DNA of 64,000 bases from an uncultured Planctomycetia bacterium (GTDB taxonomy: Bacteria; Omnitrophota; Gorgyraeia; 2-01-FULL-45-10; JAHFGN01), in the NCBI GenBank assembly GCA_964354545.1, contig CAYHAE010000001.1, positions 364 to 64,363 of the forward strand. The letters run 5' to 3'. Below are positions 1-10,691 of the stretch, one piece after another (positions within the stretch are counted from its first letter, which is position 1; each line of letters begins with the position of its first letter). The notes below the pieces were generated by a model. That model saw only the letters and a program-made list of their open reading frames with translations. It searched no databases and was not told the origin of the DNA. The translations under genes and the position numbers were made by a program.

Positions 1-2
1 TG

Positions 3-632
3 AAGACTGTTGAGACAGAAGGCGGAGAGGCCCTCCCGTCGTTCAAGAGTACGATCGCGGAGCTCTTCGCATCCTGGCAGGGGAGGAGCATCGTCACGCT
101 TAATATAGAGGCGATCGCCCGCACCATCGCATCGAGGTATCCCGACGCGAAAGATGTTATTGTGAGACGCATGTTTCCCGACAGGTTGTCGGTATCGATT
201 CGCTTGAGGAAGCCCGCTGCCCTCGTCGGCAACGATAAGTATTATCCGGTTGACAGGGACGGCGTCATCTTCCCTCACGCAGACCCTTCTCAATGGCAGA
301 AGCTCCCCGTGATCGTGGGCGTGCACATAAAGGAATCGGACAAGGTCGGTACGAGGTGCGAGTCGGCGTCCCTGCAGATTGCCCTAAAGCTCATCGCCGA
401 AATGGAAAGGTCGAAGATCTCGTCCGACTATATCGTCACCACTATCGACGTGTCGGATCCAAAGAACGTCTCTTTCTTTTTAGAGGACGGCGTCGAGGTC
501 AAAATAGGCCATGAGAATTTCAAAGGGCGCTTAGAGAGCCTGGCCCAAACGTTAAAGAATCCCCGGCTCATTATGAGCCGCATAAAATATCTCGACCTGA
601 GGTTTAAGGACATTGTGATAGGGCAAAAATAG
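3..632 (+). CDS. ftsQ: Cell division protein FtsQ, 3' portion. The gene continues upstream of the window.
   Basis: Frame 3 is open from nt 3 with no stop until 630-632, so the track's M at 162 is internal. The sequence has the FtsQ C-terminal/POTRA-like character. The stop overlaps the GTG start of ftsA by 1 nt. Confidence 0.75.
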   Translation, partial: KTVETEGGEALPSFKSTIAELFASWQGRSIVTLNIEAIARTIASRYPDAKDVIVRRMFPDRLSVSIRLRKPAALVGNDKYYPVDRDGVIFPHADPSQWQKLPVIVGVHIKESDKVGTRCESASLQIALKLIAEMERSKISSDYIVTTIDVSDPKNVSFFLEDGVEVKIGHENFKGRLESLAQTLKNPRLIMSRIKYLDLRFKDIVIGQK

Positions 633-1717
633 TGAAAAAATCTACCGTGATTACGGGGTTGGACATAGGGTCCTCAAAGATCTGCGCCGTATCGGGCGAG
701 GTCGGTTCGGACGGGGCGTGCTCCCTCCTCGGCGTCACCACGGTCCCTTCCCGCGGGGTGGAGCGCGGTACGGTTACCGATCTCAATTCAGCTGTGGAAT
801 CGGTGTCGAGGGCGCTCGAGCGGCTTGAAGAGAGGACCGCGCGGAAGATAGAGGACATTTACGTCAATGTGAGCGGCAGGTCCATAATGGCGCAGAAGGC
901 GCGCGGCATGGTGTCCCTCTCAATGAGCGGCAGGGAGATCACGGAAGAGGATATGAGGCGATGTGTCAACGTTGCGAGCACGATGAGGCTGCCGTTCGAG
1001 AGCGAGATCGTTCATAAGATCACACATTCGTACCTCATAGACGATCAGACTGAATCAAGGAACCCCTTGGGGCTGTACGGCTCACGGCTCGCGGTTGAGA
1101 TCTACGTCATCACCGCGGGCCTCAACCACATACAGAACCTCCACAAGGTCATCAATAACTGCGGCTACGAGGTCAAAGAAGCTGTCTTTTCGGCCCTTGC
1201 GGATACATACAGCCTCTTCGATGACGAAGAGAGGGGAGCGGACGTCGCGCTGGTGGACATCGGCAGCTCCCTCACGGAGATCGCCCTGTGCGAAGAAGGT
1301 GTCGTGAGGTACGTTGAGGTCGTTCCTGCAGGTGCGTCAGACATTCAGGGCAGGCTCGACAAGTGCCCGCCTTTCGACAGTATCGTGGACCGGGTCCGGA
1401 AGGCGTTGGATGACTCCGAAGGACGAGGGCGCGGTAAAGGCTTCCGTGCGAGGTCCGTTATCGTCGCAGGCGGGGGGTCTCTTATGGATGGAGCGGTCGA
1501 GGCCTTTGAGTCGGCCCTCGGGATCCCGGCGAGACCCGGAGTCGTGAAGCACCTCCTGGGGAACGCCTCCTCCGCAGACAGCATTATCGCCACGACAGCC
1601 ATGGGCCTTGTGAGGTACGGGTTCGAGAGACAGACCCCTGGCGTAAGGATCCGGCCAAAGAACCTAGTCAAGCGCCTTTCGTCAACGGTCGTTGACATAT
1701 TCAATAACTACTTCTAG
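632..1717 (+). CDS. ftsA: Cell division protein FtsA (actin-like ATPase).
   Basis: GTG start with the N-terminal phosphate-1 motif GLDIGSSKICAV. The 361-aa length is typical. It sits immediately downstream of ftsQ. Confidence 0.9.
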   Translation: MKKSTVITGLDIGSSKICAVSGEVGSDGACSLLGVTTVPSRGVERGTVTDLNSAVESVSRALERLEERTARKIEDIYVNVSGRSIMAQKARGMVSLSMSGREITEEDMRRCVNVASTMRLPFESEIVHKITHSYLIDDQTESRNPLGLYGSRLAVEIYVITAGLNHIQNLHKVINNCGYEVKEAVFSALADTYSLFDDEERGADVALVDIGSSLTEIALCEEGVVRYVEVVPAGASDIQGRLDKCPPFDSIVDRVRKALDDSEGRGRGKGFRARSVIVAGGGSLMDGAVEAFESALGIPARPGVVKHLLGNASSADSIIATTAMGLVRYGFERQTPGVRIRPKNLVKRLSSTVVDIFNNYF

Positions 1718-1846
1718 GCCCCCGCCATATCCGCTCCCGCGCCTTCGGTCCCCACATATCCGGCACCATTCGACACGAATCAGCGGCGCACGAATGTAAT
1801 ATTATCATAGTTACGTCACAGTCTCCTAAATCCGAAATCCGAATAT

Positions 1847-1874
1847 CGTCCGCCAAAGGCGGACGGATTTTGTG
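1847..1874 (+). terminator. Rho-independent terminator after ftsA.
   Basis: Hairpin CGTCCGCC-AAA-GGCGGACG followed by GATTTTGTG. It is embedded in a larger inverted and decameric TTTCGAATTT repeat region at 1826-1916. Confidence 0.6.
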
Positions 1875-2017
1875 CTTCGGATTTGTTTCGAATTTCGGAT
1901 TTCGAGTTTCGAATTTAAACCTATAGCGGACACCGTAACGCCTCATTTCAAATGGTACGCCACCGGCGTACGAAGGCCTTGCTTTTTACATATATTTGTG
2001 ATAATCTCATAGGTCGC

Positions 2018-2695
2018 ATGATAAGGGAAAATATTGAGGCAGTGAAGGCCCGCATTGCGCGCGCATCGGCGCGGTGCGGCCGGGACCCGCACAGCGTGAA
2101 GCTCGTGTGCGTCACAAAGAATGTGCCGGTCGATGGGATAGAAGAGGTCCTTGCCCTTGGGGTGGAAGATATCGGCGAGAGCCGGGTCCAGGAGGCGGTC
2201 CTCAAACATGGGCGCATCGGGACCAGAGCGGTGTGGCATCTCATAGGGCACCTTCAGACGAACAAGGTGAGGGGTGCGCCGGCGATATTCTCTCTCATTC
2301 ATTCGCTCGATTCCGAAAGGCTCGCGAAGGCCGTGGACAGCGAGGCGCGCACGGGTGGTAAGGTGCAGGACGCATTGGTAGAAGTGAATATATCAGGCGA
2401 GAGCCAGAAATACGGCTTACGGCCTGAAGACGTTCCTGATTTTATCGATACCCTGACCTCCTTTTCCAATCTTCGTGTCGTGGGCCTCATGGGGATAGCG
2501 CCCATCGTTTCACGCCCGGAGCACGCGAGGCCGTATTTCAGGACCCTTAAAGAGATATTTGATGCGGCAGGGGCAGGGCGGATGCCGAACGTTGAGATGA
2601 AGTATCTCTCCATGGGCATGAGCCAGGATTTTGAGGTTGCGATTGAGGAAGGCGCGAACATCGTGAGGATAGGGACGGCGATATTCGGTGAATGA
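2018..2695 (+). CDS. yggS: YggS-family pyridoxal-phosphate homeostasis protein (alanine-racemase-N fold).
   Basis: The sequence MIRENIEAVKARIA...VTKNVPVDGIEEVLALGVEDIGESRVQE...HLIGHLQTNKV is a typical YggS N-terminus. The track ORF starts at 1952, and its 22 extra codons look non-native. Confidence 0.85.
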   Translation: MIRENIEAVKARIARASARCGRDPHSVKLVCVTKNVPVDGIEEVLALGVEDIGESRVQEAVLKHGRIGTRAVWHLIGHLQTNKVRGAPAIFSLIHSLDSERLAKAVDSEARTGGKVQDALVEVNISGESQKYGLRPEDVPDFIDTLTSFSNLRVVGLMGIAPIVSRPEHARPYFRTLKEIFDAAGAGRMPNVEMKYLSMGMSQDFEVAIEEGANIVRIGTAIFGE

Positions 2696-2735
2696 ATTGT
2701 GAAGACCGCTGTGCGCGGAGGTTAGCATAGTTACG

Positions 2736-3551
2736 ATGCCTGCATCAAAAATACGGCTTGGGATAATCGGGTACGGGAATATGGGGGAGGCGATCGTCCG
2801 CCGCCTGCGGGAGACAGCATCCCGGAATTTTTCGATTGCCGTGAGCGAACGAAACCCCAAAAAAAGGAAACGGGTTCAGGCAAGGTACGGGGTGCGGATT
2901 ATCCGGGATAATGCCTCCCTTGCAAGAACATGCGAGGTGATCGTCCTCGCCGTGAAACCTCATGACATCGACGGAGTGCTCCGTGAGATCTCGGGTCCGC
3001 ACCTTGCCTCAAGGCTTATCATATCGATTGCAGCAGGGGTGACTACGCGGAGGATAGAAGGCCTTCTCAAGGCCAGAGCGCCTGTCGTGAGAGGGATGCC
3101 CAACATGCCCGCGCTCGTAGGGGAAGGTATATCGGCGATGTGCGGGGGCAGGTTCGCGAAGGCCCCGCACTTAAAGATAGCGAGGGCCGTCTTCTCGTCC
3201 ATAGGCGATGTGGTGGAGATAGGCGAGGCCTCTATGGATGCGGTGACGGCGGTAAGCGGAAGCGGGCCGGCGTACTTTTTCTATCTCGTCCAGTGCATCA
3301 TCGAGGCGGCAAAGGAGATGGGCCTTCGCGAACGAGACGCGGCAGAGCTCGCGGTAAAGACCGCCCTCGGCAGTGCGCACGTCCTGGACAAGACAGGAGA
3401 ATCCCCCGAGGCCTTGCGGCGCAGGGTGGCGTCGAAGGGCGGAACGACAGAGGCGGCATTTAAGGTATTTGAGTCGAAGGGTCTCAAGGGCATCGTGAAG
3501 GCAGGGGTGAAGGCTGCCCGGGACAGGGCGAGGGAATTGAACGCGAAGTGA
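2736..3551 (+). CDS. proC: Pyrroline-5-carboxylate reductase.
   Basis: N-terminal Rossmann motif IGIIGYGNMGEAI. The 271-aa length is typical, and the gene is adjacent to yggS and yggT as in many genomes. Confidence 0.9.
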   Translation: MPASKIRLGIIGYGNMGEAIVRRLRETASRNFSIAVSERNPKKRKRVQARYGVRIIRDNASLARTCEVIVLAVKPHDIDGVLREISGPHLASRLIISIAAGVTTRRIEGLLKARAPVVRGMPNMPALVGEGISAMCGGRFAKAPHLKIARAVFSSIGDVVEIGEASMDAVTAVSGSGPAYFFYLVQCIIEAAKEMGLRERDAAELAVKTALGSAHVLDKTGESPEALRRRVASKGGTTEAAFKVFESKGLKGIVKAGVKAARDRARELNAK

Positions 3552-3572
3552 AAAAAGAGCGAAAAGCGCAAT

Positions 3573-3685
3573 TTTTAGCGTATAGCGGTTAGTAAAATGG
3601 AGCTGACGGTAGAGTGATATACCAAGGTTTTTCACTATGCGCGCTATACGCTAAACGCTATACGCTGACCGCTAAACGCTCGATA
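3573..3685. repeat. Short copy of a terminal-inverted-repeat element. The arms TAGCGTATAGCGGTTAGTA and CTATACGCTAAACGCTATACGCT are separated by about 45 bp.
   Basis: The arms are reverse complements of each other. Near-identical arms flank a 440-bp insert at 61751-62194. Confidence 0.5.
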
Positions 3686-3703
3686 ACCAACGGCAGGTGA
3701 TAC

Positions 3704-4003
3704 ATGTTCGTCCTCGGCAATTTCGTAAGCGCAGTCGCGGTGATCGTGAATTATGCGTTCATTGTGCTGAATTGGCTTATCATCATCCGGGCACTCATAA
3801 GCTGGGTCAATCCGGACCCCTATAATTTGATCGTGCAGTTCCTCTATGCGACCACGGAGCCGATATTAGAGCCATTCAGGAGGATCGTGCCGACCTATCG
3901 TATCGGCATCGATCTCTCGCCGATCCTTGCCATCGTCGTCATCTGGTTCCTCCAGCGTTTTCTTGTGAAGACATTGTTCGACATCGCGGCGAGGCTCTCG
4001 TGA
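3704..4003 (+). CDS. yggT: YggT-family membrane protein.
   Basis: A 99-aa, two-TM protein with the ISWVNPDPYN motif typical of YggT/Ycf19. Confidence 0.85.
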   Translation: MFVLGNFVSAVAVIVNYAFIVLNWLIIIRALISWVNPDPYNLIVQFLYATTEPILEPFRRIVPTYRIGIDLSPILAIVVIWFLQRFLVKTLFDIAARLS

Positions 4004-4218
4004 AGTACGCGGTGACCGTCCGACCGCGCTCCTCGCAGGATAAGGTGGTGAGAAATTCGGACGGCACGCTGAAGGTCTATGTGAGAGCGGCGCCGGTGGA
4101 CGGGAAGGCGAACGAGCGCGTCCGGGAGGTCCTCGCGGATGATTTCGGCGTGAGCAAGTCCGCGGTGAAGATCGTGAGAGGAGAGCGGTCAAAAGAGAAG
4201 GTGGTAGAAATATGGTGA
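4000..4218 (+). CDS. DUF167 (YggU-family) protein.
   Basis: A 72-aa protein with the pattern ...VRAAPVDGKANE...L..FGV.KS.V.IV.G..S..K.V.I typical of DUF167. It overlaps yggT by 4 nt. Confidence 0.8.
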   Translation: MKYAVTVRPRSSQDKVVRNSDGTLKVYVRAAPVDGKANERVREVLADDFGVSKSAVKIVRGERSKEKVVEIW

Positions 4219-5087
4219 AGGGAAAGATCGGGATCATTGGCGGGAGCGGCCTGTACGATATCGAGGGAATAGAGAACGTGAGGAGCGTGAGGGTGGAGAC
4301 CCCTTTCGGCTTCCCTTCAGATGAGTACACGATCGGGACGCTCGAGGGCAGGGACGTTGTCTTTCTGCCCCGGCATGACAAGGCCCACAGGCTGCTCCCG
4401 AGCGAGGTCAACTACAGGGCCAATATCTACGGCATGAAGAAGCTCGGCGTGGAGAGGATCATCTCCATCTCTGCGGTGGGAAGCCTGAGGAAAGAGCTGA
4501 AGCCGCTCGACATCGTGGTGCCTGACCAGTTCGTCGACAGGACGAATCAGGCGCGGCAGATGACGTTCTTCGGCGGCGGCATCGCGGCCCACATCGCCTT
4601 TGCAGAACCCGTCTGTCCCGTGCTCGCGAAGACGCTCGTCGAATGCGGGAGGTCTGTCGGGGCGACGATGCACGAGAAGGGTACCTACATCAATATGGAA
4701 GGGCCTGCGTTCTCGACAAAGGCGGAATCGTACCTCTACAAGAAGATCTGGGGGATGGACGTCATCGGCATGACGAATATGCCCGAGGCAAAGCTCTCGA
4801 GGGAGGCGGAGATATGTTATGCGACGCTCGCGTGTGTCACCGATTACGACTGCTGGCATCTGGACGAGACAGTCAAGAGCGTATCGATCGACCTCATCAT
4901 ACAGAACCTGCGCAAGAACGTCGAGGTGTCAAAGAGGATAGTAAAAGAGGCCGTCCGGAGGATCCCCGAGGGGAGGGACTGCCTCTGCGCGACGGCGCTC
5001 GAGAATGCGATCGTGACCGCACGCGACAAGATCTCGCCTCAGGTGAAGAAGCGGCTGGACATCATCATTGGACGATACGTCGACTAG
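4212..5087 (+). CDS. mtnP: S-methyl-5'-thioadenosine phosphorylase (PNP/MTAP family).
   Basis: N-terminus [15 protein letters not shown] with ...FLPRHG...[15 protein letters not shown]. This is an MTAP-like purine nucleoside phosphorylase. Confidence 0.8.
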   Translation: MVKGKIGIIGGSGLYDIEGIENVRSVRVETPFGFPSDEYTIGTLEGRDVVFLPRHDKAHRLLPSEVNYRANIYGMKKLGVERIISISAVGSLRKELKPLDIVVPDQFVDRTNQARQMTFFGGGIAAHIAFAEPVCPVLAKTLVECGRSVGATMHEKGTYINMEGPAFSTKAESYLYKKIWGMDVIGMTNMPEAKLSREAEICYATLACVTDYDCWHLDETVKSVSIDLIIQNLRKNVEVSKRIVKEAVRRIPEGRDCLCATALENAIVTARDKISPQVKKRLDIIIGRYVD

Positions 5088-5103
5088 AGGACTACTAAAG
5101 GCC

Positions 5104-7899
5104 ATGGACTACAAGGGTACCCTTAATCTGCCGAGAACGGACTTTCCGATGAAAGCGGACCTCCCGAACCGCGAGCCGAAGATCCTGAAGCGGTGGGAGC
5201 AGATTGACGTATACCGTCTTATCAGGCAGCGCGCAAAGGGCTCGAAGAAGTTCGTGCTGCACGACGGCCCCCCGTACGCGAACGGCGATATCCACATGGG
5301 CCACGCGCTGAACAAGATCTTGAAGGACATCGTGGTGAAATACAAGACGATGCGCGGGTTCGACTCGCCCTATGTGCCCGGCTGGGACTGCCATGGACTT
5401 CCCGTTGAGCACCAGCTCTTCAAAGAGCTGAAGATGACAAAGTACGACATCGACCAGGTCGAATTCAGAAAGAAGGCATACGATTACGCGATGAAGTACG
5501 TGGAGATACAGAAGGCCCAGTTCAAAAGGCTCGGCGTCTTCGGCGACTGGGAGAGGCCGTACCTGACCCTGTCGAAGGGCTACGAAGCGGATATCGTTCG
5601 ATCCTTCGGAAGTCTCGTCAGGGACGGGTACATCTACAGGGACCTTAAACCGGTGAACTGGTGCGCGACGTGCGAGACCGCGCTCGCAGAGGCAGAGGTC
5701 GAATACGAGGATAAGACCTCGCCGTCGATCTATGTGAGGTTCAGGCTGAAGCGCGAACATGGCGCCGGGTTGGATCCGCGGTTTGCGGAGGACCGGATCT
5801 ATTTTGTCATCTGGACCACGACGCCGTGGACGCTCCTCGCGAACGTGGCGGTCGCGGTACACCCCGCGCATGAGTACGTCGTCGTGCGTCCCCGCGCCGG
5901 GGAGCTGTATGTGGCGGCGAAGGGCCTCCTCGAAGCGACGATGGCGAAACTGGGCGTGAAAGAGTTCAAGGTCGAGAAGACGGTAAAGGGAAGGGGCCTT
6001 GACGGGCTCGAATGCATGCATCCGTTCATCGATCGGCCCTCGAAGGTCGTCCTCGCAGAGTACGTTTCCATGGAAGAGGGGACAGGGTGCGTCCACACTG
6101 CACCGGGGCACGGCCAGGAGGACTACCTTACGGGTAAGAAATACAATCTCTCCACGATCATGCCGGTCGACTCCAGAGGCAGGTTTGACTCGACATGCGG
6201 CGAGTTCAGCGGCATGCATGTTGATAAGGCTAACGGCGCCATCATCCAAAAGCTGAAGGGATCAGGCGAGCTGTTGCATGATGAAGCAGTGAGCCACTCG
6301 TATCCTCACTGTTGGAGGTGCAAAAAGCCGATCATATTTCGGGCGACGGAGCAGTACTTTATGAACGTCGACCACAGGGCCCTGAGGGGCCGGCTGCTCG
6401 ATTCTATACGCGGAGGGGTGAAATGGATCCCTTCGCAGGGCGAGGCGAGGATACGAGCGATGGTCGAATCGAGGCCCGACTGGTGCCTTTCCAGACAGAG
6501 GTACTGGGGTGTGCCTATCGTCGCGTTCCGCTGCGAGAATCCGCAGTGCAAAGAGGTGCTGCTGGACCACGACGTTATAGAGCACGTCGTAGCCATGGTC
6601 GAGCGCGAAGGTTCTGACATCTGGTTTTCGAAGACAGCCGAAGAGATGCTGCCCGAGGGTGCCCGCTGCAAGAAGTGCGGTTCAACGAAATGCGCAAAAG
6701 AGGACGACATCATCGACGTCTGGTTCGATTCAGGGGTGAGCCACCAGGCGGTGTTGAAGAGGAACGGGGACCTCGACTATCCATGCGAGCTGTATCTCGA
6801 AGGGTCCGACCAGCACCGAGGGTGGTTCCAATCCGCCCTCATCACCTCCATGGCGATCGACGGTATCCCGCCCTACAGGACCGTCCTCACTCATGGGTTC
6901 GTCGTCGACGGCGAAGGCAAGAAGATGTCGAAGTCCCTGGGGAACGTTATATCGCCCCAGGAGGTGATGAGGCGGTATGGCGCTGACATCCTGAGGCTCT
7001 GGGTCGCGTCGAGCGACTATTCCGAAGACGTGAGGCTCTCCGATGAGATACTCACGAGGCTCGCCGACGCGTATCGTAAGATCCGCAATACCTATAAATA
7101 CCTCTTGAGCAACCTCTATGATTTCGACCCTGACGCGGATGGCGTGGGCCGCGAAGACATGGTAGACCTCGACAGGTGGATGCTCTCCAGGCTCAGCCTC
7201 CTCATACGGGAGACGGCGGGATACTACGAAGAGTACGCGTTCCATAAGATTTTCAAGAGCGTCTACAGTTTTTGCATATACGAAATTTCATCGATTTATC
7301 TGGACGTCCTAAAAGATAGGATGTATACTTTCAGGGCGAACTCGAGAGAGCGGAGGTCCGGCCAGACCGCGAGCCACGCGGTGCTCGTCAACCTTCTGAA
7401 GATAATGGCCCCGATCATGCCGTTCACGTGCGACGAGGCGTGGGGCTACCTCAGGGTGAAAAATAAGGCAGAGACCATCCACGCGGAGCGATGGCCTGAC
7501 GAGAAAGAGTATTCCGCGTGGTCCGATGAGGGCCTCCTCGCAACATGGAATGTGCTGCTGGAAACGAGGGAGAAGGTCCTCAAGGCCCTTGAGGAAAAGC
7601 GCCAGGCAGGTGAGATCGGGAGCGGCCTCGAAGCGCGGATCGTCCTCTCGTCGCGCGACGGGAAGATCGCGGCCCTTTTGGAAAAGTACAGGGCGCAGCT
7701 TCCGTACCTGTTTATAGTCTCCCAATTGGAACTCGTTGCGCCGCAAGGCGCGGCGGGGAGCGGGGAGGAGAAGGTCTCTGTCCTCGTAGAGCGTGCGCAT
7801 GGCAAGAAATGCGAGAGGTGCTGGAATTGGAGCGATTCCGTGGGACACAGCGCGCGTCATCCGACGATCTGCTCGCGATGCGTGAGCGCGATAGAATAA
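5104..7899 (+). CDS. ileS: Isoleucine--tRNA ligase.
   Basis: Class I HIGH motif ([13 protein letters not shown]), KMSKS motif and a C-terminal zinc-finger CxxC...CxxC. I chose the MDYKG start at 5104. The track start at 5068 overlaps mtnP. Confidence 0.95.
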   Translation: MDYKGTLNLPRTDFPMKADLPNREPKILKRWEQIDVYRLIRQRAKGSKKFVLHDGPPYANGDIHMGHALNKILKDIVVKYKTMRGFDSPYVPGWDCHGLPVEHQLFKELKMTKYDIDQVEFRKKAYDYAMKYVEIQKAQFKRLGVFGDWERPYLTLSKGYEADIVRSFGSLVRDGYIYRDLKPVNWCATCETALAEAEVEYEDKTSPSIYVRFRLKREHGAGLDPRFAEDRIYFVIWTTTPWTLLANVAVAVHPAHEYVVVRPRAGELYVAAKGLLEATMAKLGVKEFKVEKTVKGRGLDGLECMHPFIDRPSKVVLAEYVSMEEGTGCVHTAPGHGQEDYLTGKKYNLSTIMPVDSRGRFDSTCGEFSGMHVDKANGAIIQKLKGSGELLHDEAVSHSYPHCWRCKKPIIFRATEQYFMNVDHRALRGRLLDSIRGGVKWIPSQGEARIRAMVESRPDWCLSRQRYWGVPIVAFRCENPQCKEVLLDHDVIEHVVAMVEREGSDIWFSKTAEEMLPEGARCKKCGSTKCAKEDDIIDVWFDSGVSHQAVLKRNGDLDYPCELYLEGSDQHRGWFQSALITSMAIDGIPPYRTVLTHGFVVDGEGKKMSKSLGNVISPQEVMRRYGADILRLWVASSDYSEDVRLSDEILTRLADAYRKIRNTYKYLLSNLYDFDPDADGVGREDMVDLDRWMLSRLSLLIRETAGYYEEYAFHKIFKSVYSFCIYEISSIYLDVLKDRMYTFRANSRERRSGQTASHAVLVNLLKIMAPIMPFTCDEAWGYLRVKNKAETIHAERWPDEKEYSAWSDEGLLATWNVLLETREKVLKALEEKRQAGEIGSGLEARIVLSSRDGKIAALLEKYRAQLPYLFIVSQLELVAPQGAAGSGEEKVSVLVERAHGKKCERCWNWSDSVGHSARHPTICSRCVSAIE

Positions 7900-7970
7900 A
7901 CCCTTCGGCTCATCCCCGGATTTTAAGTAGGGATATTCGCTTAAGGGTTAACTGAGCGGCGCACACTTCT

Positions 7971-8003
7971 CCGTGCCCACGAAGGCACGGTTAGAAATTT
8001 TCG
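7971..8003 (+). terminator. Candidate terminator after ileS.
   Basis: Hairpin CCGTGCC-CACGAA-GGCACGG followed by a T-rich tract that is interrupted (TTAGAAATTTTCG). Confidence 0.45.
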
Positions 8004-8042
8004 AAGATAATTTCATGCGCCGTCGACGTATAAAGGAGGAAT

Positions 8043-8453
8043 ATGGGAAAGATGAAGAAGATAAAGAAGATGACCAAGCAGGAGATGAAGAAGTACAAGG
8101 AGATGCTCATCAAGGACAGAAGCAGGCTCAACGACGAGCTCTTCAATCTGAAGAAAAACAATATCGATAAATCGCAGCGCGATGCCTCCGGCGAGCTTTC
8201 GGGATACACCTACCACATGGCCGATATGGCGACCGACAATTACGATAGAGACTTTTCGATGGGGATCGCGACCGAGGAGCAGAAGAGGCTCTTCGCAATA
8301 GAGGAGGCCCTCAAACGCATAGAAGAAGGCACATATGGAAATTGCCTCGACTGCGGGAAGAAGATACTGAAGAAACGACTCGACGCAGTCCCCTGCACAG
8401 AGCTCTGCATTGAATGTCAGACGAGTCAAGAGAAGAAGAGACCCAAGAGGTAG
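8043..8453 (+). CDS. DksA/TraR-family C4 zinc-finger protein.
   Basis: Coiled-coil N-terminus and a C-terminal CLDCGKKI...CTELCIECQ four-cysteine zinc finger. A strong RBS (AAGGAGG) precedes it. Confidence 0.8.
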   Translation: MGKMKKIKKMTKQEMKKYKEMLIKDRSRLNDELFNLKKNNIDKSQRDASGELSGYTYHMADMATDNYDRDFSMGIATEEQKRLFAIEEALKRIEEGTYGNCLDCGKKILKKRLDAVPCTELCIECQTSQEKKRPKR

Positions 8454-8965
8454 CCCCACACGCGCTCGCGACGGGCGATAAGGCCGCCGGTGCGCGTCAC
8501 GTCTTCGAGAGCAAAAAAAGGACGGGTGCTCTCGCGTGCGCGACCGCCTGCGCCATCGTCATTGCTGACAGGATCACGAAAGCGGCCCTGTGCCGCGCGA
8601 TGCATGAGGGGCAGTCCATCCCCATCCTTCCCAAGATATTTCACCTCACGCTCGTGTTCAATAAAGGGATCGCATTCGGACTTTTTGGCGGCAAGGCGTT
8701 CGTATTCGTAGCCGCAGGTGCCGCGATCATCGCCGCGATGGCGGCCTACGCCGCTCGTACGAAGGCCCGCGACGCGCTCACGGGCATATCCTTTGGCCTC
8801 ATCATCGGAGGCGCTTTAGGGAACCTTGTCGACAGGATGCGGTTCGGATACGTGATAGATTTCCTCGATTTTCGCGTCTGGCCGGTGTTTAATATCGCGG
8901 ATAGCTCGATCACAATAGGTGCGATAGCGCTTGCGTGGGGCATGATTGTAAGCAGGGAAGGCTAA
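8414..8965 (+). CDS. lspA: Lipoprotein signal peptidase II.
   Basis: Motifs FNKGIAFGLF and FNIADSSITIGAIAL. It follows ileS and the dksA-like gene as in many genomes. The start is uncertain. Confidence 0.85.
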   Translation: MSDESREEETQEVAPHALATGDKAAGARHVFESKKRTGALACATACAIVIADRITKAALCRAMHEGQSIPILPKIFHLTLVFNKGIAFGLFGGKAFVFVAAGAAIIAAMAAYAARTKARDALTGISFGLIIGGALGNLVDRMRFGYVIDFLDFRVWPVFNIADSSITIGAIALAWGMIVSREG

Positions 8966-9051
8966 AGAGCCAGGGACTCGCGCGTAAGGACCCACGGTGC
9001 GGTAGTGCGCTCACGCTGTCGTTTCTGGCACATTTCCCCGGGGATATTTCT

Positions 9052-9810
9052 ATGCACCCAGTCCTCGCGAAGATAGGATCTTTCACGGTCTATTCTTACG
9101 GCGTGATGATCGCCCTCGGTTTCGGGCTCGGGATCTATCTCGCCGCGAGGCGCGCTCATATCTTCGGGGTCACACGGGAAGATCTCCTCGACCTCGCGCT
9201 CTTTATCCTGATAGGGGGTATCGCGGGCGCACGGCTCTTCCATGTGGCGCTCAATTACGATTACTTCAAGTCTCGTCCGCTCGAGGTCATCCTCCTCTCT
9301 CGGGGCGGCCTCGCATACTACGGGGCCTTCGCCGGCGGACTCGCGGCAGGGCTCGTGTTCAAGCTTTGGAAGAAGATCCCGTTTTGGAATACGGCGGACC
9401 TCCTCGCGCCCTATGTCGCATTGGGGCAGTCCATCGGAAGGATCGGCTGCTTCTTGAACGGCTGTTGTTACGGCGGGGCCGCCTCCGACGATTTTCCCCT
9501 AAGGGTCCATTTCCCCCACGACACGGTCGCGCGCCATCCCGTGCAGGCCTATTCATCTCTCATCCTCTTCGCGCTGTTCGTGGCTCTCAGATCGCTCCGG
9601 GAGCGGCGCCGTTTCGCGGGCGAGGTCTTTCTCGCCTATGCGATCGCGTATCCTTTTCAGAGGTTCTTCATAGATTTCTTAAGGGACGATACCCCCAGGG
9701 CCGTGTTCGATCTCACCGTCTCACAGCTCATGAGCGTGCCCTTATTCGCAGCAAGCGTCGTTATCTACCTGCTCCTTTATAGGCGATGGAAAAACACTCG
9801 TTCATTGTAA
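9052..9810 (+). CDS. lgt: Prolipoprotein diacylglyceryl transferase.
   Basis: A multi-TM protein with the Lgt signature region G...GR.GCF..GCC.G. I chose the MHPVLAKIG start. The track ORF begins at 8935 inside lspA. Confidence 0.85.
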   Translation: MHPVLAKIGSFTVYSYGVMIALGFGLGIYLAARRAHIFGVTREDLLDLALFILIGGIAGARLFHVALNYDYFKSRPLEVILLSRGGLAYYGAFAGGLAAGLVFKLWKKIPFWNTADLLAPYVALGQSIGRIGCFLNGCCYGGAASDDFPLRVHFPHDTVARHPVQAYSSLILFALFVALRSLRERRRFAGEVFLAYAIAYPFQRFFIDFLRDDTPRAVFDLTVSQLMSVPLFAASVVIYLLLYRRWKNTRSL

Positions 9811-10691
9811 AAGAAAGCGACGAGGGGATGCGGCTGGATAAGTTCCTTGTCCAGCATCTATCGGGCGACATATCCCGTACTTTTATACAGAGGCTCATAA
9901 AAAGGCTCCGCGTCCGCGTCGACGGGGCCCCGTCCAAGGCCCACCATACCGTCGTGGAACGCGAGGTAGTGGACGTGGAGATACCCGACCCCGAGCACTC
10001 AGCGGCGGGCCCGGAGGCGATGGGTCTCGACGTTGTCTATGAGGACGACGACCTCGTGGTGGTCGATAAGCCCCCCGGCATGGTGGTCCATCCGGCGCCC
10101 GGACATCGCTCCGGGACCCTGGTGAATGCGCTGCTCCACCATTGTAAAGGTACGCTGTCGGGCATAGGGGGGATCTTAAGGCCCGGCATTGTCCACAGGA
10201 TCGACAAGGGGACGTCCGGCCTTCTCGTGGTTGCAAAGAATGACAATGCCCACCACGACCTCGTGCGGCAGTTTAAAGCGAGGACGATCAAGAGGACATA
10301 CGTTGCCATTGTCAAGGGCGCCCTCGAGCTCGATCGGGGCACCATCGAACTGCCCATCGGCCGACACAGGCGGGACAGGAAGAAGATGGATGTTGTCTTC
10401 ACGAAATCAAAGAGCGCGGTGACGCGGTATAGGGTCTTGAGACGGTTCAAGGACAGCACCCTGCTCGAGCTTCAGCTGGGCACAGGCAGGACGCACCAGA
10501 TAAGGGTCCACATGGAGCACCTGGGCCATCCTATAGTCGGCGATGAGAAGTATGGGACCAAGGGAATGCTGGGTCGGCCTGCGCTGCACGCGAAGACGCT
10601 CGGTTTCGTCCACCCGAGGACGCACCGCGCGATGGAGTTCGATGCGCAGGTGCCGGAGGACATGCAGGATTTCATAAAAGCGAGGAGTTGA
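9786..10691 (+). CDS. rluD: RluA-family 23S rRNA pseudouridine synthase (RluD-like).
   Basis: N-terminal S4 domain (RLDKFL) followed by the catalytic HRIDKGTSGLLVVAK motif. Confidence 0.85.
   Translation: MEKHSFIVKESDEGMRLDKFLVQHLSGDISRTFIQRLIKRLRVRVDGAPSKAHHTVVEREVVDVEIPDPEHSAAGPEAMGLDVVYEDDDLVVVDKPPGMVVHPAPGHRSGTLVNALLHHCKGTLSGIGGILRPGIVHRIDKGTSGLLVVAKNDNAHHDLVRQFKARTIKRTYVAIVKGALELDRGTIELPIGRHRRDRKKMDVVFTKSKSAVTRYRVLRRFKDSTLLELQLGTGRTHQIRVHMEHLGHPIVGDEKYGTKGMLGRPALHAKTLGFVHPRTHRAMEFDAQVPEDMQDFIKARS

Noticed and set aside
1952-2017. 22-codon N-terminal extension of yggS given by the track.
   Set aside because: The extension (MVRHRRTKALLFTYICDNLIGR) is not YggS-like. The family N-terminus begins at MIRENIEAV.
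5095-6249. 384-aa minus-strand ORF. Other long minus-strand ORFs of the same kind are 25495-26613, 59423-60211, 3866-4411 and 19078-19851.
   Set aside because: They are fully antisense to strongly supported genes (ileS, pilB paralog, mgtC/bactofilin and others). The products are Arg/Pro/Gly-rich translations typical of high-GC antisense frames, and there is no RBS context.
8935-9051. Lgt start at 8935, which overlaps lspA by 30 nt and adds 39 codons.
   Set aside because: The extension is Arg/Gly-rich and non-hydrophobic. Lgt homologs begin with the first TM helix, which is at MHPVLAKIG.
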